Origin: Pristiophorus japonicus
Lineage: Eukaryota
Length of the DNA: 64,000 nucleotides
NCBI RefSeq assembly: GCF_044704955.1
Contig: NC_091989.1
Coordinates: forward strand, 196,602,001 to 196,666,000
Direction of reading: 5' to 3'
Numbering within the stretch: position 1 is the first letter of the stretch; each line of letters begins with the position of its first letter. The position numbers were made by a program, and so were the translations under genes. The notes below the pieces were generated by a model that had not been told where the DNA came from, did not search any database, and worked only from the letters and a program-made list of their open reading frames with translations. Below, piece by piece: positions 1 to 13,044 of this stretch.

Positions 1-362
1 AGCACTTTACAGCCAATTAAGTACTTTTTTTTTCAAATGTAGGAAACGCGGCATAGCAAGCTCCCACAAACAGCAGTGTGATAATGGCCAGATAATCTGT
101 TTCAATGATGTTGATTGAGGGATACTTCGGATAACTCCCCTGCTCTTCTTCAAAATAGGCCGTGGGATCTCTTACGTCCACCTGAGAGGGCAAACGGGCC
201 TCGGTTTAACATCTCATCCAAAAGACAGCACCCCCAACAGTGCAGCACTCTCTCAGCACTGCACTGGTGTGTCGGCCTAAATTTTTGTGCTCAAGTTCCT
301 GGAGTGGGACTTGAACCCACAACCTTTTGACTCAGAGGTGAGGCTGCTGCCCACTGAGCCAC
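1..362 (-). mobile_element. tRNA-derived Deu-domain SINE (SacSINE1/AmnSINE-like)
   Basis: Minus strand starts GTGGCTCAGTGG (A box) ... GGTTCAAGTCCC (B box), followed by the body GATGAGATGTTAAACCGAGG...GGTGGACGTAAGAGATCCC that is shared with other copies in the window. Confidence 0.8.
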
Positions 363-732
363 ATAATGGAATGCACTTGCTGAAGGGGTGATGGAAGCAG
401 ATTAAATCGTAACTTTCGAAAGGGAATTGGATAAATACCTAAAAAGGAGAAATTTGCACGGTTTTGGAGAAAGAGCAGGGAGCTTGGGACTAATTGGATC
501 GCTCTTTCAAAGAGCCGGCACAGGCATGATGGGCCGAATAGCCTCCTTCAGGGCTATGTGATTCTAAGAAGTGGAGGTGAGGGAGGAGAGCCAATGATAG
601 AATAATACATGGACAACTCATTGATAGCCAATTTGCGATAACTGAGAGGAAGCTGGATAAGAGCTCAATGGGCAGGTAGGTGGCTGGTGAAGTTCGGCAC
701 TGATTACTGTAAAATCGTGAGATGGTAGAGCA

Positions 733-1140
733 TCATCATCATAGGCAGTCCCTCGAAGCAAGGATGACTTCCACGCCAAAAAGGGATAAGTTCACAGGTG
801 TTTCAATGAAGAACCTAATATTCCAGATCCCAAGCTATATTTTGAAGGGTGGAAGATGCCTGTGCGTGGATTTTTTGAATGTGTGGTGGCCGTTGCACAT
901 CAGTCACCACACGGGCTTGACAGAGCTAGGTCTTGGTCCAGTGGCAAGGATTAACCAAGACGACTGAAGACCAGCTCTGCTGCATGGATCGAGTGCGCGT
1001 GCATATCGCAGTGTGGGCTGGGCCCGTGCTGTCCTTGGGCCCCTCGCCTTTTCTGGGCCTCAGACTCACGCCTCTCCTGGGCCTCGGTCACTTCCTTCTA
1101 CAAACTCTTGCCGCTCCTGCGGTGCCTGCCCGCACTGCAA
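733..1140 (-). mobile_element. Short non-autonomous RTE-tailed retroelement
   Basis: Ends in the GAGGGACTGCCT(ATG)n tail seen on the RTE LINEs here. 11-bp TSD ATGGTAGAGCA at 722-732 and 1141-1151. Confidence 0.8.
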
Positions 1141-2984
1141 ATGGTAGAGCAACACATTAAATGACAATGTACTAGATGGAACAGAGCAGGAAAGGGATCT
1201 GAGGATTTGGTGGGTTGGTGATTAAAATGGTGGGTTCAGTGTTCCTAGGATGATGAAAGCCCATGGAGTGCCAGGATGTGTATCTGTGGGTGTGACATCT
1301 AAGGAGTGTAATGTTAATTTGTATCTGGTCTTGGTGAGATTGCATCTTCATACCATCTACATTTTATTATAGGAAAGCTGTAGAACTATCGGAGAGTCCT
1401 GGGGAGGAGGTAACGAAGCTGATTCCTGAACTTGAGGATTGAGTTATGGGGATAAGACTTTCCACCTGCCACTTTACCCTGTGAACGATTCTCACGGGTA
1501 TGGAGGATTTGAATCCGCGAACATTCTGTGGGCACAGGATTGGAGGACTCTGGGGACACAGTTAAATTTAATGGTGTCAAAAGAAAATAGAATATTAAGG
1601 CAACTGATTTTAGTAAGATGGTGTTAGGACTCTGGATCAGAGAGCCATTGGAGAATCCGAAAACCCTAGCAGGGTGTAAGGAGCACTGGATAATTCCTAT
1701 TACGAAAGGAATACAAAGTTGTTAGTATCGGAATTACAGTATGGAAACTAAGGGGTGGTTTGCAAAGGTGGGTTAAATGGGCCAGTGGTGAACAACAAGG
1801 AATGTCTCAAATTCATTGCTCTGAGACAGGGTCACACACACAGAGCAGACGTCTGATGTCCCGCTCACAGGGTCACACACAGCAGACGTCTGATGTCCTG
1901 CTCCCAGACAGGGTCACACACTGAGAGCTGATGTCCCTCAGCCACGGGAACCCTGCATTGTGTGGAGTTAAAGTCGAGGATCGCCGGACTGAGTCTGACG
2001 GTGGGTTTTGGCTCCTACGATACTTGACTCGAACTCCCAGCTGTGTTGCAGGTTCACCAAGTCGGTCTGTAGCCATGAACTGGGTAAATCTATTAACTGA
2101 GTTAATGTTTCTCACGCTCTAAGTGGTCCCGACTGTAACTATGGTAACCAGCATCTGGCACAAATTGGCCAGGTTGGTCAGGATTGTCTCCATTGAACAG
2201 CAGAGAATCCAGTTACAGCGCTCCGCGGGCCCAATCCTGGCGCCAGAACAGACGCCTGGGATCGGCCTAAATACGCTGCTCGTCCCACATGAAAAGGCAG
2301 CCTCTTGAGCACTTACTGCGGCAGAGGTCCCTAATCAGTGGCTGCAGCAGCGAGTTAATGATAGGCTGTGTGTGGGAACTGGGAACTCTCGACGACTCAA
2401 AGGAGCAGATGTGAGCCACTGGCCATTCGGCAGGGTTTGCCTGCAGTGACTGGGTAAGGCGGAAGAGGATCAGCAGGAGGATGTCACGGGGAGAGTCACT
2501 GCACGACTGAGAGTGGCTGAGGAGGGAGGGGTGTACAGTGGCACTGGCTATATGGCTGTACATGGTGCGAGTGGTCCCAGTGTTTGGTTGAACCTGTGAA
2601 TGAGGATAGTGTGTAGATAGAGTTCCATTCTGGGGGATGAGGGGAGTTTTCCACACACTCCTTCACCCAGCACCCAGACAATTAAACCTGGAGCCTTTTG
2701 GTAAAACTTGTGGCAGCGTGGGGGGGGGGTTAATCATGCAAGGCTACTGGGAGTGAGTGGGTAGTGGGGGTGGGGGGGGGGGCGGGAGTGAGAGTGAGGA
2801 GAGTGCCAGCAGCCCAGGTTACAGGTCCCGATGAAGTGTTATGGATGTATTATTATCGCCAGTCACTAACAAAACAATATTCTAGATTAATGACGCTGTG
2901 ATTTCCATTACACAGATATTGTCTCTGGGTAATTGCACCATCTCCCCCTCACTGCCTTCCAAAGGAGTTTGGAATCCAAACTAG

Positions 2985-3320
2985 CCCCTCCCCCCACCCC
3001 ACTCTGCTCCTCCCCCCTCCTCACTTCTCACCCCTTCTCCTCACCTCATTCCACCCACCCCTTCTCCCCCTTCCCCTCCTCTCCCCACTTCCCCTCCTCC
3101 TCTCCCCACTTCCCCACCCCCCTTCTCCCCTCCCCTCCCCGCCTCACCTTCTCTCCTCCCCACCTTCTCCCCCTCCTCCACCTCCCCTCCCCTTCCCCCC
3201 CCACCTTCTCTACCACCCCTCCTCCACCTCCCCTCCCCTTCCCCCCCCCAACACCCCCCCCCCCCCACAACCCCAAAGAACTCCCCTCCCAACACGAACT
3301 CCCCTCCCCACCCAAACTCG
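2985..3320. repeat. C-rich polypyrimidine low-complexity tract
   Basis: Almost pure C/T runs; source of spurious Pro/Gly-rich ORFs. Confidence 0.9.
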
Positions 3321-3717
3321 CCCAGGTGAAACTTCAGAGTTGCAGGCTGGTTTATGTCTGTTAATAATGGGTGTATGTTGTTTTGTTAAAACACCTAATG
3401 ACAGGTCTGACACTCCGGCTGCGGACTGCCTACACAAAGCCTTTGTTCAGCTGAGTGGAGTTAACTCTGCGGTTCTCGGCGCTTTACAGCTCCAGCAAAG
3501 CAACGGGAAATCTTACCCAGCACAGATCTCGGCAGCAGTATGAACCCTCCCCGAACCAGGGAAGCACCTTGTACCTTTTATTGGGTGCAAGAGTGGAGGG
3601 TTCCTCGGTGGGGGGGGGTGGTGCGAGGGGGAGCAGAGTGTGTCCTCTGGGTGGGGAGTTAATCCTCTCGCTCTCAGTGTTTTATTATGACGTTGATCCC
3701 CTCGCTTTGTGCTGTAG

Positions 3718-3894
<177 letters not shown>

Positions 3895-4599
3895 CGGAAG
3901 GTCCCAGAATCCCTTCGCACTGAACTCTGGGACAAAATGGTTCACACGTCCTTCAAATTCAGCTTGGGATGGTGACGGAACTCGAGCAGTGTAGTGTGGG
4001 TGCCGTGTTAACCTGGGTCTTCCTGCATCTCCGCTACAGCAACGGGCCTGCAGTGGGGATGATGAGGGATCGAGGCAGACACGTGATTTGTTTGCTCAAT
4101 GCTTGTAGGGATTTCAAAGGTTCCGTGTAAAGCGAGCTTCTGTGTGGCGAGCTGATTGGACGCTTCTGGGGGGGGGGGAGGGGTTCCACTGCCTGCCGCC
4201 AACTTTGCTGAATTGGCTGCTTTTGCTGGGGAGGTGGGGTGGGAGGGTTTGGCCTGCCCCAATTATTGAGGAGGGGGCAGATATTGTGCTGTAGTAAATC
4301 CTGATATGATTTGGGCCATCAGATGTGAGATGTAAGTTTATGGCTCGAAAGTTAAAGAGCTCCGGCTCCCCTCCCCCCAGCCCCGGCTTCCCTCCCCCTG
4401 CCCGGAGTGTCAGGGTACTCCCCCCGCCCCTCCCTCCCAAGCACCGGCTCCCTCCTCAGGCCCACTGACTTGGCCAGGGATGATGTTTGCAGGTCCATGT
4501 GGGCTGCAGGAAGGGAGTCGAATTCTGTCGGCACATTCTTATCATATCCAGTTTTGTTGCTCTGATCTCTCCGACATTCGAATCAGATGCACAGTTTAC

Positions 4600-4835
4600 C
4601 ACGTCACCCTCGCCGCACACGCGGACCCCTCGCCAGATAGGCCGACTCCTCACTGAACACTCGTCGGACAGGCCGACCCCTCGCCACACACGCAGACCCC
4701 TCGCTGGACAGGCCGACCCCTCACTGAACCTTCGTCGGACAGGCCGACCCCTCGCCACACACGCAGACCCCTCGCTGGACAGGCCGGTCCCTCGCTGACC
4801 CCTTGCCGCACACACGGACCTCTCTCTGACCCCTC
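4600..4835. repeat. GC-rich minisatellite in putative TANGO6 3' UTR
   Basis: Alternating ~20-bp units GGACAGGCCGACCCCTCGC / CACACACGCAGACCCCTCGCT. Confidence 0.8.
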
Positions 4836-5137
4836 GAATGAATGCATCAAATGAGCAGCTGGGGTTTCTCCGTGCTGTGCTGTGCTTCCTGTAAAGCTTA
4901 TGAAGGAAGAATGTGGCCTGGATGGTTTTATTGCACAGATGCCGGAATCGGGGAGGATGATCAGACATCAGCAGCACCTCGAGTTGGAAAGGAATGGAGA
5001 CAATTGCCAATGTCCCATTGCCCTGCTCGCTGTGGTTGCTGCTTCCAGATCTTGTGCTGCTGGGAAAGTTGCTGTAGAGAAATTTATGGGAAGATGGTTT
5101 TTGATACTTTATCTAGTTGAAAACAAAGACTCAACAG

Positions 5138-5143
5138 AATAAA
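5138..5143 (+). terminator. Candidate TANGO6 polyadenylation signal
   Basis: First AATAAA I see downstream of the stop codon, just before repeat-dense DNA begins. Confidence 0.4.
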
Positions 5144-5312
5144 GGTATGAAATGGATCAATGTAGTCTCTGAGCTCTGAGGCGATCTGTTGCTTCAAGCA
5201 CACGGGATGTAGATCAGAAGATGGTTTTAACTTATGAATTCTCCCCAATACCAGCTGTTTGGCACATCGAGGTTGATCCTTGGAGTAAACAAACTAAAGT
5301 GACAGAGAGATG

Positions 5313-7250
5313 TTAACATAAGAATTAGGAGCAGGAGTAGGTCATACGGCCCCTCGAGCCTGCTCCGCCATTTAATAAGATCATAGCTGATCTTTGACCT
5401 CAACACCTTCACACCTTATCCCTATATCCCTTCATTCCCCTAGAGTCCAAAAATCTATCGATCTCAGCTTTGAATATACTCAGCAGTTCAGCATCCACAG
5501 CCCTTTGGGGTAGAGAATGCCAAAGATTCATAACCCTCTGAGTGAAGAAATTCCTCCTCGTCTCTGTCTTAAATCTGAGACTATGCCCATAGTTCTAAAC
5601 TCTCCAGCCAGGGGAAACAACCTCTCAGCATCTACACTATCAGTCCTGCTCAGAATCTTATAATGTTTCAATGAGATCACCTCTCATTCTGTAGAATTTA
5701 CCAATATCTCGCAAAGATTCCAGGTACCTTTCCCCTACAGACGAGAAGAATCCCTTTCTGGGCTTTTAAAATGAGTTTAAAGGGGCAGACGAAGCCTGCG
5801 GGGGATAAAAGGGGATGCATTCATGGAGACCCTCCCCCCCCCCCAGTGTTTGGACTCATAGGAAAGGGAATTCAAAATGGACCTAAATTACAGAAGCTTG
5901 AGATCCCCTAAACATCTATGGGAAGGAGCATATCAATTTTAAGATTCTACAACATTTTGGCTGCGAAAAAGAGTTACCAAATACAGGAGGTGGGGCCAAC
6001 AGGTCTGAAGCAAATTCGTGTATTGAAGACCCCAGGCTATTCACCCCCTAAGAGATAATCGAATTACCCAATCAAGCACAATGGAAATCATGGTCAGAAA
6101 AACTGGACAATCCTAAAACAATGCAAAACCAGTGATAGCACATTCTCACACCCTAATCGAGTTACTGCTGACAAAGGAGACATTTGAAAATCAATGGACA
6201 GAACAGTTTAAACAGAGCCCAAGAGATTTGATGGGAGATAAGAGCTTTTTTTGGGGGGATATATCTATCTCTCAGTTTTACAAGGAAAGACTAGCAGAAC
6301 TCAAAACTAGCAGAACACAGAGACTGGAGCAGAACACAGAACGAAGCAGAGCACAGACTCATAAACACAGACAGACACAAGCAGCCGGAGCTGGGGAGTG
6401 AAGAAATGGAGTCGTGAAGGAACCTACAAGAAATCGTCAAGGACCAACTGAGCACGAGGCCCAAGAAATGGAAGGTTGTCAGCAACCAAATTGACAAACC
6501 CGTGCTACCACAACCAGCGAAACAACCAACCGAAACCAATTCGGCAAAAACCAAAGAATCAACCTTTATTTCCACTCTACAATCTACTTCTGAACGGCCA
6601 ACGGGTGAGAAATTACCTAAAAGGACTAACTAAAACCAAAGAAAGTGGGTACTTACCCCATACATCCGAAACGCAACTTACCGCATCAACGGATGCACCC
6701 CAACCGAAGACGACGCAGTCCGAAGTCCTCTCCTCCGTCCGGGGTACGCTCGCCTAGAAGACCAAGTGCAGCGAACCCCGAAACCGTGATTCACCGGCAA
6801 CTGTCTAAAGGGATTGGTGAGCATAGCCCCTGAACCCTCAGAGCTATAACTTAGTTAGGGAAATTGGGACGGGGGAGGATGGGATAACTTGTGTAAATGT
6901 ATCTGCATTCTCTTCTTTACCCCATTTAGAGTTTAAGCTGTATTCTTTTCCCCACAGGCTGTAATTTGACATTTCATTTAATGTGTTGTACCCTTCAGTG
7001 TGTATTGGTCTGTTTGTGTTATTAAAGGTGTGCCTTTTACTTTTTAAACACAATAAAGCCATACCTGCTTCCTACCTTGAAACTGATTGTCTGTCCAAGT
7101 CTGTCACAGTCCCTTCATAATTCCAGTGTCTTGAACCAAGGGTGTGGGAGCGATTCGGAACCACTCATATAAGGTCAGAAGGGAAAGCTGACCCCCTGAA
7201 AACCACCCCTTACAATTCTTCTAATCTCCAGAGAGAATAGGCTCAATCGA
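5313..7250 (-). mobile_element. CR1 LINE 3' end, split by a solo LTR
   Basis: AACATAAGAATTAGGAGCAGGAGTAGG tail; the CR1 sequence ...CCTCTCATTC resumes as ATTCTTCTAATCTCCAGAG at 7215. Confidence 0.85.
5690..7214 (+). mobile_element. Long solo LTR (1525 bp)
   Basis: TGTA...TACA termini, exact 4-bp TSD ATTC (5686-5689 / 7215-7218), AATAAA at 7052-7057, no recognisable coding sequence. Confidence 0.8.
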
Positions 7251-8699
7251 CTGTTAATTTTCCAATATTCACAAGGACAACAGGCTGTGCCTTTATGATG
7301 TGGGACACTCCAGATGTTGTGCTAACAGAGGGGGGCGGGGGCACAGGGTATTGTTATTCAGATGCCATGCCACTATCTGACTGTTACAGGTTATCCAGAT
7401 TGCCCTATGTTATCCAGCTGTTAAGAAACTTCAGTGCTTTAATATTTGAGATCTAAATTTCTCCTGTTGATCTCATCAACAATGTCCATTGATACTGCAC
7501 TCATTCAGTGAAAGATTGACGGACGGCATGCAGGACTTTGATGTGTAGCCACATGGACCACGGATGCACTGGGCCTGAAAGTCTCAGTGTCACACCCATG
7601 GTGGTCTTAGTCATAATCTATCACCACGTCGCAGGTCCACTGAGTAGCTAAACATATGGCGGAGTTGAAGTAATGTTTGATTACTGTTAGTAATAAAGCA
7701 CCGTGAAAGTAAGGAGCATTCCACAGCACTTCAGAAACCGACACTGACCTCAGACTGCAGAGGTCGGGAGGGGCGACCAAAAGCTTGGTCAAAGAGCTTT
7801 GTCTTGAGGTACTTCAAGTGGAGAGAGATTTAGGTTGGGAGAACCAAAAGGTACGAGTGAGGCGGCTGAATGGTGTGCCGTCGATGGTGGAGTAAAGGAA
7901 GAGAGGGTGCCTAATATCCAAGAAACAAAGCAGTGGGAGGGTTTCTGTGGTTGGAGGAGATTGCTGAGCTAGGTGAAACATAAACATAGAAAATAGGTGC
8001 AGGGGTAGGCCATTCGGCCCTTCGAACCTGCACCACCATTCAGGGAGGGAAGGATTTATAGACAAAGAAAATAATTTTACTCCTGATGCAATCAGGAACC
8101 AATGAGGGCAAGCGGGATTTACTCCAAGAACAGGATATGTGTGGGAGACTTTTGGACAAGTTGGGGATTATAAAAGACAGAGATGGTGAGGCTAGTACAG
8201 AGAGCGTTGGATTGACCCTGAGGGTGGAGGGATAGGATTGCCACGGGACGGAGGCAGACATTGTTCTAGAGGGCATAGACAGAATGTGTGGTTTCAAGAC
8301 CTTTTCATGGTACAACAGGGCACCAAGTTTATGGGATGGTCTGTTATAGCCTGAGGGAGTGGCAATGGATGAGATGGAATCTGTGGCAAGGGAGCACAGT
8401 TTGTGATGGGGACCAAAGATAATGGTGTTTATCTTCTCAAAATAGCTTTTAAAGGGGAAGTAGATAAATACTTGAAAAAGAAAACTTCTGAAGGGTGTGG
8501 GGAAAGAGCAGGGAATGGGACTAAGTGTGGAGCTCGGTCAGAGAATTATACCAGGCTGGTCGCTGTGAAGAGCTCTGTTGCAGCAGGAAGTAGAAGATGG
8601 TAACTTGGGTGAAAAGGAGGGAATGACTGTAAATACTGCACAGGTAAAGGTAAGTGTGTTACTGTCTGATTCCAAGACTGAGGGCAGTGACAAATGAGA

Positions 8700-10200
8700 C
8701 CTACTGTGTATCCCCATGGTTGAGTTATTCTCAATCTGTAACCTTATGGCCCAGCACTCTTCCATTACCATCAAGCCAGGGGACCAACCCTGGTTCAATG
8801 AGGAGTGCAGAAGAGCATGCCAGGATCACCACCAGGCGTACCTAAAAATGAGGTGCCAACCTGAGGACTACATGCATGCTATGGACAGAGCTAAGCAATC
8901 CCACAATCAACAGGTAAGATCAAAGCTCTGCAGTCCTGCCACATCCTCTCATGAATGGTGGTGGATAATTAAACAACTAACGGGTTGAGGAGGCTCCATG
9001 AATATCCCCATCCTCAATGGTGGCAGAGCCCAGCATGCAAGTGCAAAAGTTAAGGCTGAAGCGTTTGCAACCATCTTCAGCCACAAGGGCCGAGTGGATG
9101 ATCCATCTCGGCCTCTTGAGGAGGAACTAGTCTTCAGCCAATTCGATTCACTCCACGTGGTATCACGAAACGGCTGAGCGCACTAGATCCAGCAAAGGCT
9201 GTGGGCCCTTACAACATCCTGGCTGTCGTGCTGAAGACTTGTGCTCCAGAACTAGCAGCGCCTCTACCCATCAAGGGGCCCGAGTAAAACTGAAGTCAGG
9301 GGGAAAATCTCCACTGGCTAGTCATACCTAGCACAAAGCAAGTTGGTTGTAGTTGTTGGAGGTCAATTATCTAAACCACAGGAAATTGCTGTAGGAGTTC
9401 TTTTAAGGCAGTGTTCCAGGCCCAACCTTCTTCAGCTGCTTCAACAAAGACTTTCCCTGCATCATAATTTCAGAAGTGGGGATGTTCGCTGATGATTGCA
9501 CAGTGTTCAGTTCCATTCGCAACTCAGATAATGGAGCATGCCCCCATGCAGCAAGACCTGGATGACATTCAGACTTGGACTGATTATTGGCAAGTAACGT
9601 TCACACCACATAAATGCCAGGCAGCAAGCAAGAGTAACCATCACCCCTCAACATTCCATTGCTGAATCAACCACCATCAACATCCTGGACGTCATCATTG
9701 ACCAGAAACTTAACTGGAACAGCCACATAAATACTATTGCTACAAGAGGTCAGGAGTGTGATGGAATACTCTCCACTTGCCTGGATGAGTGCAGCTCCAA
9801 CAACACTCAAGAAGCTCGACACCATCCAGGACAAAGCAGCCCACTTGATTGGGCACCCCATCCACCACCTTAAACATTCACTCCCTCCACCACCGACGTA
9901 CCGTGGCTGCAGTGTGTACTATGTATAAGATGCACTGCAACAACTCACCACGGCTTCTTTGGCAACACCTTCCAAACCCCCAACCTCTACCACTGAGGAG
10001 GAAAAGGGCAGCAAGTGCACAGGAGTACCATCACCTATAAGTTACACACCATCCTGACTTGGAAATATATTGCTGTTCCTTCAATGGGTCAAAATCCTGG
10101 AACTTCCTAACAGCACTGTGGGAGTACCTTCTGAAGGGCAATTAGAGATGGGCAATAAATGCTGGCCTTGCCAGAGATGCCCATATCCCAGGAATTGATA
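8700..10200 (+). mobile_element. Degraded CR1-group LINE, second family (Crack/Daphne-like)
   Basis: Fragments IKPGDQPWFNEECRRA, MFADD, VRSVMEYSPLAWMSAAPTTLKKLDTIQ and IHSLHHRRTVAAV; 3' tail GGGCAATAAATGCTGGCCTTGCCAG. Confidence 0.75.
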
Positions 10201-10979
10201 AAAAAAATACTTTGCCTGGAGAAAAAGATAACCAGTGGAGTTCTATGTGGATCTGTACTGGGATCCCCCTGCTATTTCAAGACCAAGAGAATGCGAATAG
10301 TTAATACAGGAGAGGGGAGCATAAAAACCTGGCAAAACGGACCACCAGCGGTCCAGGAGTCTGGTGGAAGAAAGGGGCAGGTCAGCATCAGGACCGTGCA
10401 TCAATGTGGGATACCCCACTCCGTCGGGGCCATGTACTAATGGGGGTTTCTCTTTTTCCCCCCACCCCCCGGCTGTGCACCAATGAGGAATTGCCCCCCC
10501 TCCCTTATCGGGCCATGTACCAGAGGGATTTCCCCAGCCCCTATGTACCAGTAGAGTATTCCCCCACCCCGGGCTGTGTAGAAATGGGAGAAGCCAGCCC
10601 CAAAGCAGGTTCATTGGTGCCTCTACCACTGACATTAATATCCATTAGTCCATCCCTCATGCACCGTGGCTGCAGTGTGTGCAGTCGAGAGGCTGCACGC
10701 CAGCAACTCACCAAGGTTACTTTGATTGCACTTCCCAGCCCTGTGACCTTCACCATTGAGAAGAACAAGAACAGCAATACTGTAAAAAACATCATCTCCA
10801 AGTCACACACTATCCTGACTTAAATATACAATATAACACTGTTCCCTCATTATCACTGGGTCAGAATCTTGAAATTTCCTTCCTAACACCATCATGGGAA
10901 CACTATCACCGCACGGACTGCAGTGGTTCAAAGAGAAGGCTCACACCACCACCTCAGAGCAACTGGGGATGGGCATATA

Positions 10980-11310
10980 TAACAACAACTTGCATTTATA
11001 TAGTGCCTTTAATATAGCGATTATTAAAATATACAACAAACCACATAAGGACAGATGAAGAGGCAGGTTTTAAGGAGTATCTTAAAGTAGGAAAGAGGGC
11101 CGGAGAGGTTTAGGGAAGGAATTCCAGAACTGAGCGATTAAATTCCAGTAAGTGAGCGATTAAAAGTGGGGAAGTCCAAGAGGCCACAATTAGAGGAGTG
11201 CAGAGATCTCAAACTGGAGGAGGTTACAAAGATGGCGAGGCCATGGAGGGATTTTAAAACAAGGATGAGAATTTTAAGATCGAGGTGTTGCTTAACAGGG
11301 AGCCAATGCA
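10980..11310 (-). mobile_element. L2-type LINE 3' fragment
   Basis: HWLPVKQHLDLKILILVLKSLHGLA remnant and TATATAAATGCAAGTTGTTGTT tail on the minus strand. Confidence 0.7.
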
Positions 11311-12880
11311 CCGCAGCATGTTGTAATTTCTCCCCATTCAAATAATATTTCCTTTTACTGTTTCTTTTTCCAAGGTGGATGACCTGACATTTTCCGACAT
11401 TGTATTCCATCTGCCAAACATTAGCCCATTCGCTTAACCTATCTAAATCTCTTTGCAGCCTCTCAGTATCCTCTACACACCCACTTTCCCACTAATCTTT
11501 GTGTCATCTGCAAATTTTGTTACACTACACTCTGTCCCCTCTTCCAGGTCATCTATGTATACTGTAAACAGTTGTGGTCCCAGCACCGATCCCCGTGGCA
11601 CACCACTAACCACCGATTTCCAACCCGAAAAGAACCCATTTATCCCAACTCTCTGCTTTCTGTTAGCCAGCCAATTCTCGATCCATGCTAATACATTTCC
11701 TCTGACTCCGCATACCTTTATCTTCTGCAGTAACCTTTTGTGTGGCACCTTATCGAATGCATTTTGGAAATCTAAATACACCACATCCATCGGTACACCT
11801 CTATCCACCATGCTTGTTATATCCTCAAAGAATTCCAGTAAATTAGTTAAACATGATTTCCCCTTCATGAATCCATGTTGCGTCTGCTTGATTGCACTAT
11901 TCCTATCGAAATGTCCCGCTATTTCTTCCTTAATGATAGCTTCAAGAATTTTCCCCACTACAGATGTTAAACTAACCGGCCTATAGTTACCTGCCTTTTG
12001 TCTGCCCCCTTTTTTAAACAGAGGCGTTACATTAGCTGCTTTCCAATCCGCTGGTGCCTCCCCAGAGTCCAGAGAATTTTATTAGATTATAACTAATGCA
12101 TCTGCTATAACTTCCGCCATCTCTTTTAATACCCTGGGATGCATTTCATCAGGACCAGGGGACCTGAGTCTACCTTGAGTCCCATTAGCCTGTCCAGCAC
12201 TAACTCCCTCGTGATAGTACAACTGCAGTAAGACCTCCCCGCTCCTATACTCAAAATCCCTAGCTATGAAGACTAATATACCATTTGCCACCTTCACTGC
12301 CTGCTATACCTGCATGCCAACTTTCACTGACTGATGAACCATGACACCCAGGTCTCATTGCACCTCCCCTTTTCCTAATCTGCCGCCATTCAGATAATAA
12401 TTTGTCTTCATGCTTTTGCCCCCAAAGTGGATAACCTCACATTTATCCACATTATACTTGCATTTGCCCACTCACCTAACCTGTCCAAGTCACCCTGCAG
12501 CCTCTTAGCATCCTCCTCACAACTCACATTGCCGCCCAGTTTAGTGTCATCTGCAAACTTGGAGATAGTACACTCAATTCCTTCATCCAAATCATTAATG
12601 TATATTGTAAATAGCTGGGGTCCCAGCACTGAGCCCTGCGACACTCCACTAGTCACTGCCTGCCATTCTGAAAAGGACCCGTTTATCACGACTCTCTGCT
12701 TCCTGTCTGCCAACCAGTTCTCTATCCACGTCAGTACATTGCCCCCAATACCATGCGCTTTAATTTTGCACACCAGTCTCTTGTGTGGGACCTTGTCAAA
12801 AGCCTTTTGAAAGTCCAAATACACCACATCCACTCGTTCTCCCTTATCCATTCTGCTAGTTCCATCCTCAAAAAAATTCC
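11310..12880 (-). mobile_element. Two adjacent CR1 ORF2 (reverse transcriptase) fragments
   Basis: [36 protein letters not shown] and KFADD motifs in ORFs 11473-11958 and 12408-12944. Confidence 0.92.
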
Positions 12881-13044
12881 AGGGGATGGCTAGGGAATGG
12901 AGTTTGTGGTGGGGGGCCGAAGGCAATGGCGTCGATATTCCCAATACTTATTTGGAGGAAATTTCTGCTCATCCAGAACTGGATATTGGACAAGCAGACT
13001 GACAAATCAGAGACAGTGGAGAAAGTACAGTGTATTATACTGCG

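Noticed and set aside
290-362. tRNA gene (also ~13045-13130)
   Set aside because: A and B boxes run straight into SINE bodies, so these are SINE heads rather than tRNA genes.
2933-3364. Pro/Gly/Arg-rich ORFs here and at 17696-18367, 22048-22926 and 48680-50151
   Set aside because: They are translations of low-complexity C- or G-rich tracts, with no splice context or family motif.
1800-3700. Additional TANGO6 exons or conserved enhancers, e.g. inverted SOX-like ACAAAGCCTTTGT near 3434
   Set aside because: No TANGO6-like peptide recognised, and a short motif alone cannot be supported without conservation data.
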